A program made the position numbers and the translations under genes. From the IMG/VR virus record IMGVR_UViG_3300008450_005828: a stretch of 64,000 bases of DNA. One strand, written 5' to 3'. The notes under the pieces were generated by a model that saw nothing but the letters and a program-made list of their open reading frames with translations, was not told the origin of the DNA and did no database searches. The stretch is from an uncultured virus (IMG/VR IMGVR_UViG_3300008450_005828) (Duplodnaviria; Heunggongvirae; Uroviricota; Caudoviricetes). Below, piece by piece: positions 1 through 9,143 of this stretch. The stretch's first letter is position 1. Each line of letters begins with the position of its first letter.

Positions 1-2
1 TA

Positions 3-866
3 CGTTATAGTGAAGCATTTTACAGTGTACAAGGCGAAGGCAAGTTTGTAGGAGTACCCAGTGTATTCCTACGTACCTTTGGTTGTAACTTTCGCTGCAT
101 GAATTTTGGATTGCCACGTGATACTCCTAAAGGACGTTACAATATCGAAGTACAAAAACTTATTGAAGACGGTGTTCACGAAACTACCAAAACATTTACT
201 GACCTGCCGTTGGTGCATACTGGTTGCGATACATATGCAAGCATCTATCCTGAATTTAGACACCTTGTAATGGATAAAACTGTGGATGAAGTTGTTGAAC
301 ATTTGCTAGGTTTACTGCCCGAAGGCAAGTGGACTATGGATAACGGTCAGGACGTTCATCTTATTATGACAGGCGGCGAGCCACTGCTGGCATGGCAACG
401 ACTATACATCGAACTATTTGAACACCCAAAGATGGCGGATCTAAAAAATGTTACATTTGAAACAAATACTACACAATGGTTGCATGATGAGTTTAGAGAA
501 TACCTTGGAACTCGTGCAAGATTTAAAACAACGTTTAGTTGCAGTCCAAAGTTATCCGTTAGTGGAGAGTCTTGGACTGATGCTATTAAGCCTAGCGTTG
601 CTCGTCAGTACTACGATATCACTGGCACTGAACTTTATCTTAAGTTTGTCGTGGCTGATCACGTGGATGTTGAAGAAGTCGGTAGAGCAGTTGAAGCGTA
701 TCGTGCTGAGGGGGTGGAATGCCCTGTGTACCTTATGCCAGTTGGCGGACGTACAGAAGGTTATAACCTTACCGTTCAAGAGATTGCGCGGCTTGCTATG
801 GCGAAAGGGTGGCGGTTTACACCAAGACTCCACATTAGCCTATTCGGAAATGCCTGGGGAACTTGA
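3..866 (+). CDS. queE: QueE-like 7-carboxy-7-deazaguanine synthase (radical SAM), 5' truncated by window edge
   Basis: Frame is open from position 3: RYSEAFYSVQGEGKFVGVPSVFLRTFGCNFRC...GCDTY, then TGGEPLL, FETN, SPKLS and the C-terminal PRLH. These are typical QueE motifs. Confidence 0.85.
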   Translation, partial: RYSEAFYSVQGEGKFVGVPSVFLRTFGCNFRCMNFGLPRDTPKGRYNIEVQKLIEDGVHETTKTFTDLPLVHTGCDTYASIYPEFRHLVMDKTVDEVVEHLLGLLPEGKWTMDNGQDVHLIMTGGEPLLAWQRLYIELFEHPKMADLKNVTFETNTTQWLHDEFREYLGTRARFKTTFSCSPKLSVSGESWTDAIKPSVARQYYDITGTELYLKFVVADHVDVEEVGRAVEAYRAEGVECPVYLMPVGGRTEGYNLTVQEIARLAMAKGWRFTPRLHISLFGNAWGT

Positions 867-936
867 TAAAGTTGTACCTTACACAAAAGGCATACATACC
901 GAAGAACAATTTAATAATTTAAGGAAAGATTTATGA
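850..936 (+). CDS. possible 28-aa small protein between queE and metK
   Basis: ATG at 850, MPGELDKVVPYTKGIHTEEQFNNLRKDL. Its TGA overlaps the metK ATG (ATGA) and it fills the intergenic gap. Confidence 0.3.
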   Translation: MPGELDKVVPYTKGIHTEEQFNNLRKDL

Positions 937-2030
937 ACTATATTTTTACTAGCGAAAGTGTTAGCGACGGACACCCGGATAAGGTTGCAGACCAAATCTC
1001 AGACGCACTCGTTGATGCTGGGTTAAAGGCAGGTGACACTACTACTCGTGTTGCAGTCGAAACACTTGTAACTACCAACCATGTTACGTTGGCGGGCGAA
1101 GTAAAGAACTTTAATCTAAACAAAGACGAAGTCAACGAAATTGTACGCAATAAGGTTCGAGAGATTGGCTATGAACAAGATGGGTTTCATTGGGATCGAC
1201 TAAAGATCTACAATGAAATCCATAGTCAAAGTGCTGATATTGCTCTAGGCACAGACGATTTTGGTGCCGGTGATCAAGGCATTATGTTTGGTTATGCTTG
1301 TAATCATACACCTAGCATGATGCCAGCACCTATTCATTACAGTCATGAAATTTTGAAAAAACTAAAAGCAATGCGACTAGATGGCTATAATTTCTTGTTG
1401 CCCGATGCTAAATCACAAGTAAGTGTTGAGTATAATGGTGCTAGGCGCGAAGGTATCATTAAACGTATCGATCAAATTGTTGTTAGTCAACAGCACCGTG
1501 ATGGGTTTAATCACAGTGTTAAGGCACCAATTCGTGATGCAGTAAAACAGGTATTGGGAGATTTAATTGATGAACGCACTGTTTGGCACATCAATCCTAC
1601 TGGAAATTTTGTTATCGGTGGACCAGACGGCGATGCTGGTGTAACTGGACGTAAGATTATTGTTGATACCTACGGTGGATTTGCTCCCCACGGTGGTGGT
1701 GCGTTTAGTGGCAAGGATCCTACCAAAGTAGACCGCAGTGCTGCATATATGGCTCGCTGGCTTGCTAAAAACGTAGTAGCAGATGAAATGGCAGATTGGT
1801 GTAACATTCAATTGAGTTATGCTATCGGTGTTAAACAGCCAACTAGTATTCTTATTGACAGCAATGGTCATAATCGTAGTATTGAACGCTTTATTCGCAA
1901 CGAAATCGATCTAAGTCCAAAAGGCATTATTGATAGATTTGATTTGTTTAACTTTCACGAGTATAGCAAAAATTGTGTATATGGACACTTTGGAGACAAA
2001 GATGTACCTTGGGAGAAAATCGGATGGTAA
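933..2030 (+). CDS. metK: S-adenosylmethionine synthetase
   Basis: FTSESVSDGHPDK, GAGDQG, GGPDGDAGVTGRKIIVDTYGG and HGGGAFSGKDPTKVDRSAAY signature motifs. Confidence 0.97.
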   Translation: MNYIFTSESVSDGHPDKVADQISDALVDAGLKAGDTTTRVAVETLVTTNHVTLAGEVKNFNLNKDEVNEIVRNKVREIGYEQDGFHWDRLKIYNEIHSQSADIALGTDDFGAGDQGIMFGYACNHTPSMMPAPIHYSHEILKKLKAMRLDGYNFLLPDAKSQVSVEYNGARREGIIKRIDQIVVSQQHRDGFNHSVKAPIRDAVKQVLGDLIDERTVWHINPTGNFVIGGPDGDAGVTGRKIIVDTYGGFAPHGGGAFSGKDPTKVDRSAAYMARWLAKNVVADEMADWCNIQLSYAIGVKQPTSILIDSNGHNRSIERFIRNEIDLSPKGIIDRFDLFNFHEYSKNCVYGHFGDKDVPWEKIGW

Positions 2031-2476
2031 AAAATTGGCTCAAAAAAATAACAGGTGTTGCAGCCATTGAAGCCGCTGCTATCGAAGCAGAAACAAAACG
2101 AATAAAAGAAGAAGAAGAATTACAACGACTTACAGTTGAAAGAATAAAAGCCGAAGAAGAAGCAGAATTAGCACGTCTTTCTCCTAAAGATCGTGCAACT
2201 CGCAAAGAAGAGCCTTACGTTTCTGTTCTTGAAACCAAGATCAATCCAGAAAATATTCGCAACGGGTTTTTTGAACTAGACTGGAATGAATACTTTATTA
2301 AAGAATTAATGTTGTATGGGTATGGTACAGAAGCAGATCCTGAAGAAGAAATTGTAGATCGTTGGTTTAGAGACATTGTTTTTCAAATGTTGAATGCAGA
2401 AGGACTTGACACACAGCGCGGTTCCGGCTATATTAATGTAGTACCCATTGCAAAAGGCAAATCAGAAGTATCATGA
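2024..2476 (+). CDS. hypothetical phage protein
   Basis: ATG at 2024 overlaps the metK end. Coiled-coil-like N-terminus, then NGFFELDWN. Stop overlaps the next start. Confidence 0.75.
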   Translation: MVKNWLKKITGVAAIEAAAIEAETKRIKEEEELQRLTVERIKAEEEAELARLSPKDRATRKEEPYVSVLETKINPENIRNGFFELDWNEYFIKELMLYGYGTEADPEEEIVDRWFRDIVFQMLNAEGLDTQRGSGYINVVPIAKGKSEVS

Positions 2477-3459
2477 CAACTTACATTCTTGTAGACACTG
2501 CTAACACTTTTTTTCGTGCCCGACACGTTGTTCGTGGCGACATCGATACAAAAGTAGGCATGGCTCTACACATTACATTTAACAGCATTAAGAAAGCGTG
2601 GACAGACTTTAAAGCCGACCACGTTGTCTTTTGTCTTGAAGGTCGTAGTTGGCGCAAAGACTTTTATCAGCCATACAAGCGTAATCGTCAAGAAACTCGT
2701 AATGCTATGAGTCCGAGAGAAGCAGAAGAAGACAAAGTGTTTTGGGAAATCTTTGACGAGTTTAAAGACTTTGTTACTAATAAAACCAACTGTACTGTAC
2801 TTCAGAATCCTGTGCTTGAAGCAGACGACCTTATTGCTGGATGGATCCAAAATCATCCCAATGACAGTCACGTGATTATTAGTACAGATGGCGACTTTGC
2901 ACAGTTGATTTCACCTAAAGTGAAACAGTACAATGGCGTTCAAAATATGATTATCACGCACGAAGGCTTTTTTGACGACAAAGGTAAGCCAATTAAAGAT
3001 AAAAAGACTGGCATTGTTAAAACTGCATCCGACCCAGAATGGATGCTGTTTGAAAAGTGTATGCGCGGCGACACCAGCGACAACGTATTCTCCGCATATC
3101 CCGGTGTACGTGTCAAAGGTACAAAAAACAAAGTAGGCCTTACCGAAGCATTTGCTGATAAAAAAAGCAAAGGCTTTGCTTGGAATAATCTTATGTTGCA
3201 GCGTTGGGTAGATCACAACGGTGTCGAACACCGTGTTATCGATGACTATCAACGTAACGTTATACTTTGTGATCTATCGGCACAGCCAACACATATTAGA
3301 GAAGTTATAAACACTAGTATTCATAGTGTTGAACCCAAGGACATCGGTCAAGTCGGTATGAAACTTATGAAGTTTTGTGCTAAATGGAACATGCAAAAAA
3401 TTGCAGATCAGGCCACACTCTATGCAGAGCCATTAAACGCTAGATACACCAAGGAATAA
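2473..3459 (+). CDS. 5'-3' exonuclease / T4 RNase H-like flap nuclease
   Basis: ILVDTAN, WRKDFY..YK.NR, EADDLIA, STDGDFAQL and GDTSDNV are the acidic FEN/5'-nuclease motifs. Confidence 0.9.
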   Translation: MTTYILVDTANTFFRARHVVRGDIDTKVGMALHITFNSIKKAWTDFKADHVVFCLEGRSWRKDFYQPYKRNRQETRNAMSPREAEEDKVFWEIFDEFKDFVTNKTNCTVLQNPVLEADDLIAGWIQNHPNDSHVIISTDGDFAQLISPKVKQYNGVQNMIITHEGFFDDKGKPIKDKKTGIVKTASDPEWMLFEKCMRGDTSDNVFSAYPGVRVKGTKNKVGLTEAFADKKSKGFAWNNLMLQRWVDHNGVEHRVIDDYQRNVILCDLSAQPTHIREVINTSIHSVEPKDIGQVGMKLMKFCAKWNMQKIADQATLYAEPLNARYTKE

Positions 3460-3461
3460 AA

Positions 3462-3944
3462 GTGAAACAACAAATTACAGCAAAAGAAGTTCTTGAGAAT
3501 AGATTTTGGATAGTCGAAGATCAAGGTATGCGTGTAGGAACACTTACAAAGGATGAAAATTCTTTTATCCTGTCACGCAAAGGTGAGATTAGTTTTTACA
3601 AAGATGAGAAGCAATTAAAAAAACAGTTTGGTAAAAACTTTCTTACTGCCAAAATTACACAAAACGAAAATTCAAAAACTGATACTAGTGTACACGGATA
3701 TCCTACTCGCAGTATACCGTACAACAGTATGTACGACATTGTGCATAGATTACCTCTTTTTACAAAAAGTGAAAAGTCAAAAAGCGTTTATTGTGCTGGC
3801 TATTACTTGATCAAATTTAATGTTAACTGGCTTAAAAGTTTTTGTCCAAAACTGATTACTATTGAAAGAAACGAATACCTCGGACCTTTCAAGACCGAAC
3901 TAGAAATGAAGGCTGCATTGAGCAATGTCAACAGAACCAATTAA
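3462..3944 (+). CDS. hypothetical phage protein
   Basis: 160-aa ORF, GTG start with AAGGA upstream, packed in the operon. Confidence 0.75.
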   Translation: MKQQITAKEVLENRFWIVEDQGMRVGTLTKDENSFILSRKGEISFYKDEKQLKKQFGKNFLTAKITQNENSKTDTSVHGYPTRSIPYNSMYDIVHRLPLFTKSEKSKSVYCAGYYLIKFNVNWLKSFCPKLITIERNEYLGPFKTELEMKAALSNVNRTN

Positions 3945-4170
3945 CACAACACCTATAACACAATTTATACAACAGGTTAAAGGTGCAGAATCCAGCAATG
4001 CAAGAGAAGTTCGATTAGATATTGCTGTTGCAAAAAGCCTTGCATTTACTTTGGGTATTGTTATGAGTAGAATGAACGGCGATCTGGAAAAATTTGTAAA
4101 AGAATATTCCACTAAAACCTCCGACGAAACTATTACAATATCAATGGACGCCGGCGGTAACTGGTCATAA
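3925..4170 (+). CDS. hypothetical phage protein
   Basis: 81-aa ORF overlapping the upstream gene, ending MDAGGNWS. Confidence 0.7.
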   Translation: MSTEPINTTPITQFIQQVKGAESSNAREVRLDIAVAKSLAFTLGIVMSRMNGDLEKFVKEYSTKTSDETITISMDAGGNWS

Positions 4171-4174
4171 GTCA

Positions 4175-4180
4175 TAAATA
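4175..4180 (+). promoter_or_regulatory. putative late-type promoter TAAATA
   Basis: TAAATA in the intergenic gap, followed by a GGAG RBS and ATG 4206. The motif recurs before many genes. Confidence 0.45.
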
Positions 4181-4205
4181 TATGCGTATATAATTGGAGT
4201 ACGCA

Positions 4206-4496
4206 ATGAGCAGACCTAAACCGAATGTTCTTTTAGAGTATACAAATAGTAGAACTTACAAGTGTGAACAAGTTCTAGATGCTGAAGCAGTATGGGCTGT
4301 CTTTTATAAAGGCAAGCCTTTTAATCTCAAAAGCTCTAATAGTCTAACAAGTTATCCTGGTCCAAAATATAAAAAAACAAGTTTTTCTAATCCTGGACAT
4401 GCATTTAATTTAGCAAGTAAGTTAAATTTGATGTTTAAGACCGCAGATTTTGCAGTTTATAAATTAACCACAGGCGAAGAAGTAGAAGATGAATAA
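4206..4496 (+). CDS. hypothetical phage protein
   Basis: MSRPKPNVLLE...YPGPKYKKTSFSNPGHA, with a GGAG RBS upstream. Confidence 0.8.
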   Translation: MSRPKPNVLLEYTNSRTYKCEQVLDAEAVWAVFYKGKPFNLKSSNSLTSYPGPKYKKTSFSNPGHAFNLASKLNLMFKTADFAVYKLTTGEEVEDE

Positions 4497-4869
4497 AAAA
4501 GTCTACACCAAGTTATTTTTACAAGAACTTGGAAAAAGTACTTCTGATAATTCGATAACTGAACATTTACCTCTGTGGTGGCAAAACACTCGTCAAAAAG
4601 ACAACAGTGGTTTAAGATTAACAGACGACGGATTTGAAGTTATACAAAAAATTGATTTAAAAGTTTATGACATACCTTTTCCAAAAGATATGCCACTAAC
4701 AACTCAAATAATTATTTTTTTAGACAAATTTATTGATTGCCCTTATTACTTAACAAAAGATGGCATACTTGTAACAAATGAAAAGAAAGCAGTAGAACTT
4801 GCATTGTTTAGTGGCGATGTACGCAAGTACGGATTAAACAAAGCATTAACACGTTCTAGAACATTATAG
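4489..4869 (+). CDS. hypothetical phage protein
   Basis: 126-aa ORF overlapping the previous stop. Confidence 0.75.
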   Translation: MNKKVYTKLFLQELGKSTSDNSITEHLPLWWQNTRQKDNSGLRLTDDGFEVIQKIDLKVYDIPFPKDMPLTTQIIIFLDKFIDCPYYLTKDGILVTNEKKAVELALFSGDVRKYGLNKALTRSRTL

Positions 4870-4882
4870 AACGAATTATCAA

Positions 4883-5434
4883 ATGGATGTATTAGTAAAT
4901 AACGAAAAAAAGATGGTGTGTTGTGTTCTGCCAAGATGCGGAAGCAACCATGTAAGAAGTGTTTTAAAAACAGTAGGATGGGTGGAAAGAAGAAGAGTTA
5001 CTAAAGAGTCTTTTGAAGATTACACAATTATAAAAATTGTTAGAGATCCGTACGAAAGATGGGTAAGTTGGTTTTATTCTTTTGAGTGGGACGATATCCC
5101 ACCTATAAAAAACTGGACTGTTGCTGATGCCAAACAGTGGTTAGAAAATTTTCGCGTAAGACACCATTATGACGAACACACTGCGTTGCAGTCAATGTTA
5201 TATAATTTTAATAATGAATACATTTGCAACAACACTTGTTATGTTAGAATGGAATATGTGGATATGTATTTTGGATTCACCAATCAACGTCATCCGTCAT
5301 TTGTTCAACATTTTGCAAGAATGGACGAAACACCTCTTGATGTACTTGAATACTTTAAACACGCTATACCCAAATTATACAAGCCTGATTACATTTGGAT
5401 GAAAAATCTCAACATATGGGAAAAAAGTAGTTGA
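4883..5434 (+). CDS. sulfotransferase-family (Sulfotransfer_2-like) protein
   Basis: PRCGSNHVRSVL (5'-PSB-like PKxGS) and IVRDPYERWVSWF (3'-PB-like RDPxxRxxS). Confidence 0.6.
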   Translation: MDVLVNNEKKMVCCVLPRCGSNHVRSVLKTVGWVERRRVTKESFEDYTIIKIVRDPYERWVSWFYSFEWDDIPPIKNWTVADAKQWLENFRVRHHYDEHTALQSMLYNFNNEYICNNTCYVRMEYVDMYFGFTNQRHPSFVQHFARMDETPLDVLEYFKHAIPKLYKPDYIWMKNLNIWEKSS

Positions 5435-5477
5435 CCTTCTGTGTTTCGTGCTGTATAACTAACACATAGGCACTGAA
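5431..5477 (+). promoter_or_regulatory. sigma70-type promoter plus downstream ATAGGCACTGAA motif
   Basis: TTGACC(5431-5436), 17 nt, TATAAC(5454-5459). ATAGGCACTGAA at 5466-5477 is repeated at 6663-6674. Confidence 0.6.
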
Positions 5478-5496
5478 ACACAGAAAGGAATACTCC

Positions 5497-6576
5497 ATGT
5501 CAGAACTTACTCGTACTGTTAGCCCGAACAAGGCTAAAGCAAGCATTCGTCATGCAATGCTTAAAAAGCGTCCGATCTTCCTCTGGGGTCCCCCGGGTAT
5601 TGGTAAGTCGGACATTGTTCACCAGATTGCAGAGCAATTTAATGCTCCTGTTATCGACGTTCGTCTTAGCCTTTGGGAACCCACTGATATTAAGGGTATT
5701 CCGTACTTTGATTCCAATACCAGCAAAATGGTTTGGGCTCCTCCAGGCGAACTGCCCGACGCAGAGTTTGCAGCCAAGCATAAGAACGTTGTTCTTTTCC
5801 TCGACGAAATGAACAGTGCTGCTCCGGCTGTGCAGGCTGCTGCATACCAACTTATTCTTAACCGTAAGGTTGGTACTTATCGACTGCCTGATAACGTTAT
5901 GATTGTTGCTGCTGGTAACCGTGAAGCAGATAAAGGTGTTACTTATCGTATGCCTGCTCCGCTTGCTAACCGCTTTGTCCACCTTGAAATGAAAGTCGAC
6001 TTCGACGATTGGTTCCAGTGGGCAGTTAACAACAAAATCAACAAAGACGTTGTAGGTTTCCTTAACTTCTCGAAGAAGGACCTTTACGACTTTGATCCTA
6101 AGTCTCCTAGCCGTTCGTTTGCTACTCCACGTTCGTGGTCGTTTGTTAGCGAATTGCTCGAAGATAACCTTGACGATGGCACTACTACTGACCTGGTTGC
6201 AGGTGCAGTTGGCGAAGGTCTTGCTGTCAAGTTTATGGCTCACCGTAAGATTGCAAGTTCTATGCCCGATCCAACCGAAATCCTCGCTGGTAAGGTTAAA
6301 GAGATGAAGACTCGTGAAATCAGTGCCATGTATTCCTTGACTGTCTCGCTCTGCTACGAACTTAAAGAAGCATCTGACAAGAACGACAAGAAGTTCGACT
6401 TTATGGTCAATAACTTCATGCGGTTCTCGATGGATAACTTCGATACTGAATTGGTTGTTATGGGTATTAAACTCGCACTGACTCAGTATAATCTTCCGAT
6501 TGATCCCGAAGCAATTGATTGCTTTGACGAGTTCCACGCTCGTTATGGCAAGTATATTAGTGCTGCTTCGGCCTAA
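5497..6576 (+). CDS. MoxR-like AAA+ ATPase
   Basis: Walker A GPPGIGKS, Walker B LFLDEMN, AAGN sensor and PLANRF arginine finger. Confidence 0.9.
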   Translation: MSELTRTVSPNKAKASIRHAMLKKRPIFLWGPPGIGKSDIVHQIAEQFNAPVIDVRLSLWEPTDIKGIPYFDSNTSKMVWAPPGELPDAEFAAKHKNVVLFLDEMNSAAPAVQAAAYQLILNRKVGTYRLPDNVMIVAAGNREADKGVTYRMPAPLANRFVHLEMKVDFDDWFQWAVNNKINKDVVGFLNFSKKDLYDFDPKSPSRSFATPRSWSFVSELLEDNLDDGTTTDLVAGAVGEGLAVKFMAHRKIASSMPDPTEILAGKVKEMKTREISAMYSLTVSLCYELKEASDKNDKKFDFMVNNFMRFSMDNFDTELVVMGIKLALTQYNLPIDPEAIDCFDEFHARYGKYISAASA

Positions 6577-6588
6577 TACGGTGACACT

Positions 6589-6620
6589 AGAGTGGGCAGG
6601 TCAAACTGCCCACTCTTTCT
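6589..6620 (+). terminator. probable intrinsic terminator
   Basis: Perfect 11-bp stem AGAGTGGGCAG / CTGCCCACTCT with a 6-nt loop, followed by TTCT, right after the ATPase stop. Confidence 0.65.
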
Positions 6621-6629
6621 ATCTAATGC

Positions 6630-6674
6630 TTGACAAAGCAAGTAAATATGTTATATTACATTATAGGCACTGAA
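6630..6674 (+). promoter_or_regulatory. sigma70-type promoter plus ATAGGCACTGAA motif
   Basis: TTGACA(6630-6635), 16 nt, TATATT(6652-6657) with a TGn extension. The shared 12-mer is at 6663-6674. Confidence 0.6.
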
Positions 6675-6687
6675 CAAGAGGTTAACT

Positions 6688-7977
6688 ATGTCTGTCAAAA
6701 AGACTCAATCCAAGCGTAAAAAGAACTGGGCTCCAGATCCTAACATTACTCCCGAAGCACTTGATCGTATGCGTGTAGACGTCCTCGATCGCATTATTGT
6801 TGCTCGTGTAGGCTTGCTTCTAAAGCATCCTTTTTTCGGTAGTATGGCTACTCGTCTGCGTGTTGAAAGTGCCGACGAATGGTGCATGACTGCGGCAACA
6901 GACGGTCGTCATCTTTACTTTAACACTCAGTTCTTTAATGCAATGAACAATAAAGAAATTGAGTTTGTTATTGCACACGAAATCCTTCACTGTGTTTACG
7001 ATCACCTTACTCGTCGTGAAGATCGTGATCCAATGCTTTACAACATCTCTGCAGACTACATTGTTAACAACCTTCTTGTTCGTGACAAGATTGGTCAAAA
7101 GCCTCGTGTAGTTGATTGCTATCAAGACTTCAAGTATGATAAGTGGACTTCAGAAGAAGTCTATGACGATCTGTTCAAGAACGCTCATAAGATCGACTTT
7201 GATGCTCTTGGCGAACTGCTTGACGAACACATTGACTGGGAAGCAGGCGATGAAGAAGGTGATGGCAAAGAAGGCAATGGCTCGGGCAAAGGTCGTCCTA
7301 GACTGACCAAGGCCGAACTTGATGCAATCAAGGACGAAATCAAAGAAGCAATGATCAATGCTGCACAGAGTGCAGGTGCTGGCAACACTCCTGGTGAGAT
7401 CCAGCGTATGATCAAAGAACTAACTGAGCCTAAGATGAACTGGCGCGAACTTCTGCGTCAGCAAATCCAAAGCACTATTCGTAACGATTACACTTTTGCT
7501 CGTCCTAGTCGTAAAGGCTGGCACACTGGTGCTATTCTTCCTGGTATGAACTTTGACGAAACTATCGATATTACTGTTGCTATCGATATGTCAGGTTCTA
7601 TTGGTAACGATCAGGCTCGTGACTTTTTGAGTGAGATCAAAGGCATTATGGACGAATACAAGGACTATCGTATTAAACTGTGGTGTTTTGACACTAAGGT
7701 TTACAACGAACAGGACTTTAGTGCAGACGGCGGCGAATCGCTTATGGATTATGAAATCATGGGCGGCGGCGGTACAGACTTCGACTGTAACTGGAAATAC
7801 ATGAAATCAAATGATGTCCAGCCTAAGAAGTTTGTTATGTTTACTGATGGATATCCGTTCGGTAGTTGGGGAGACGAGTCTTACTGTGATACTATTTTTA
7901 TTATCCACAGTAACCACAACAAATCTTTGCAAGCACCGTTTGGCGTAACTGCCCACTACGAGGAGTCACGTGGTTAA
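6688..7977 (+). CDS. HExxH metallopeptidase-like + VWA domain protein (DUF2201-type), partner of the AAA+ ATPase
   Basis: TAATDG, AHEILH, MIDAS IDMSGS, GGGGTDF and FTDG. Adjacent to the MoxR-like ATPase. Confidence 0.85.
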   Translation: MSVKKTQSKRKKNWAPDPNITPEALDRMRVDVLDRIIVARVGLLLKHPFFGSMATRLRVESADEWCMTAATDGRHLYFNTQFFNAMNNKEIEFVIAHEILHCVYDHLTRREDRDPMLYNISADYIVNNLLVRDKIGQKPRVVDCYQDFKYDKWTSEEVYDDLFKNAHKIDFDALGELLDEHIDWEAGDEEGDGKEGNGSGKGRPRLTKAELDAIKDEIKEAMINAAQSAGAGNTPGEIQRMIKELTEPKMNWRELLRQQIQSTIRNDYTFARPSRKGWHTGAILPGMNFDETIDITVAIDMSGSIGNDQARDFLSEIKGIMDEYKDYRIKLWCFDTKVYNEQDFSADGGESLMDYEIMGGGGTDFDCNWKYMKSNDVQPKKFVMFTDGYPFGSWGDESYCDTIFIIHSNHNKSLQAPFGVTAHYEESRG

Positions 7978-8254
7978 GAAGAATAAAATTAATCCACTCA
8001 ACGTGCTTGAGGTAAGGAGGGTAGAATTCTGCCCTCCTTATTTCGAAACGATTGTTATTAATCCTACATACAATCTTTCCAAGGCATTAGAAGAGTGGAT
8101 CTACGAAAACTGTTCCAGCCGATTCTACGTTGGTAACACTATCGAATTAGGCGAATCAACACCATTTAAACAAAAAATTAAAATTGGTTTTGAAAATCCC
8201 TCGGAACTAAGTTATTTTATGATAGCTTGTCCACTTTTGAAATACAACAGATAA
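7970..8254 (+). CDS. hypothetical phage protein
   Basis: 94-aa ORF, GTG start after GAGGAG. Confidence 0.7.
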   Translation: MVKKNKINPLNVLEVRRVEFCPPYFETIVINPTYNLSKALEEWIYENCSSRFYVGNTIELGESTPFKQKIKIGFENPSELSYFMIACPLLKYNR

Positions 8255-8287
8255 ATCTATAATATATATTAATACAAGGAGATTACT

Positions 8288-8527
8288 ATGTCTGAACAAA
8301 CTCAACCAAACCCAATGGATCTAACTATTCAAGATTTAGCAATTATGAAACAAATCATCGACATTGCTAGCGAACGTAGTGCTTTTAAACCAGCAGAAAT
8401 GGCCGCTGTTGGAACAGTGTACACAAAGTTAGAACATTTTCTAAAAACTGTTGAAGAACAACAAAAGGCAGCAAAAGCCGCACAGGCTGCAACACCTGCT
8501 GCAACAGAGGAAAACACCAATGCCTAA
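8288..8527 (+). CDS. hypothetical phage protein
   Basis: 79-aa ORF with an AAGGAG RBS. Confidence 0.75.
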   Translation: MSEQTQPNPMDLTIQDLAIMKQIIDIASERSAFKPAEMAAVGTVYTKLEHFLKTVEEQQKAAKAAQAATPAATEENTNA

Positions 8528-9143
8528 TATTAAACACGTAGGCAGAATCAAAAACAATAAACGGAGAGCAATTGTTGCATATCGTACACTGCCAGGTGAT
8601 CCGTATAATTGTTTAGTAGTTCTAACCGAATCACTTCCGTCAGATGAACACGATGTACTAATCAAAGTAGTTGAGTCGCCTGCAGGTCAAGATGCATACG
8701 AGTTAGCAGAAGTAATGGCTAGGTCATATCTTCCTGACGGGCGTAACATGCTTTCTGGATTTCATACTACTGGAAAATTAAGAAAAGTTCCAACCAACGA
8801 AATTGAAATGACTCCTGATAGCAAAACTGTTATCAGTCTTGACAAGTTAAATGAAGCCATTGCTCAGCAACGTGGAATTTCGTTAGAAGATTTGGCTCTT
8901 AAACCTTCGGGTCAATCTGCCGAAACCCCACAGGTTATCAACGAAATGCCTCTAATGGCTGCTGAAACTGTTAACTCACAGATTACAGATGCTGTAACTA
9001 CAATGCCGCCTACCGCAGAAGAAATGGCAGCACAATTGCGTAGTCAAGCAGATGCTATGTTCAAGGAAGCAAAGAAAATGCGAGAAGTTGCAGAAACACT
9101 TGTTCCAACTGTAAAGAAAGTCAAAGCAGAAAAAAGTGCCTAA
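8520..9143 (+). CDS. hypothetical phage protein
   Basis: MPNIKHVGRI..., ATG 8520 preceded by GAGG, overlapping the upstream stop. Confidence 0.75.
   Translation: MPNIKHVGRIKNNKRRAIVAYRTLPGDPYNCLVVLTESLPSDEHDVLIKVVESPAGQDAYELAEVMARSYLPDGRNMLSGFHTTGKLRKVPTNEIEMTPDSKTVISLDKLNEAIAQQRGISLEDLALKPSGQSAETPQVINEMPLMAAETVNSQITDAVTTMPPTAEEMAAQLRSQADAMFKEAKKMREVAETLVPTVKKVKAEKSA

Noticed and set aside
448..849. 162-aa alternative-frame ORF overlapping queE
   Set aside because: It overlaps a well-supported gene. Only the last 28 codons (from ATG 850) are kept, as a low-confidence small gene.
5500..6537. 345-aa minus-strand ORF
   Set aside because: It is the antisense shadow of the AAA+ ATPase, has no motifs, and is explained by codon bias on the sense strand.
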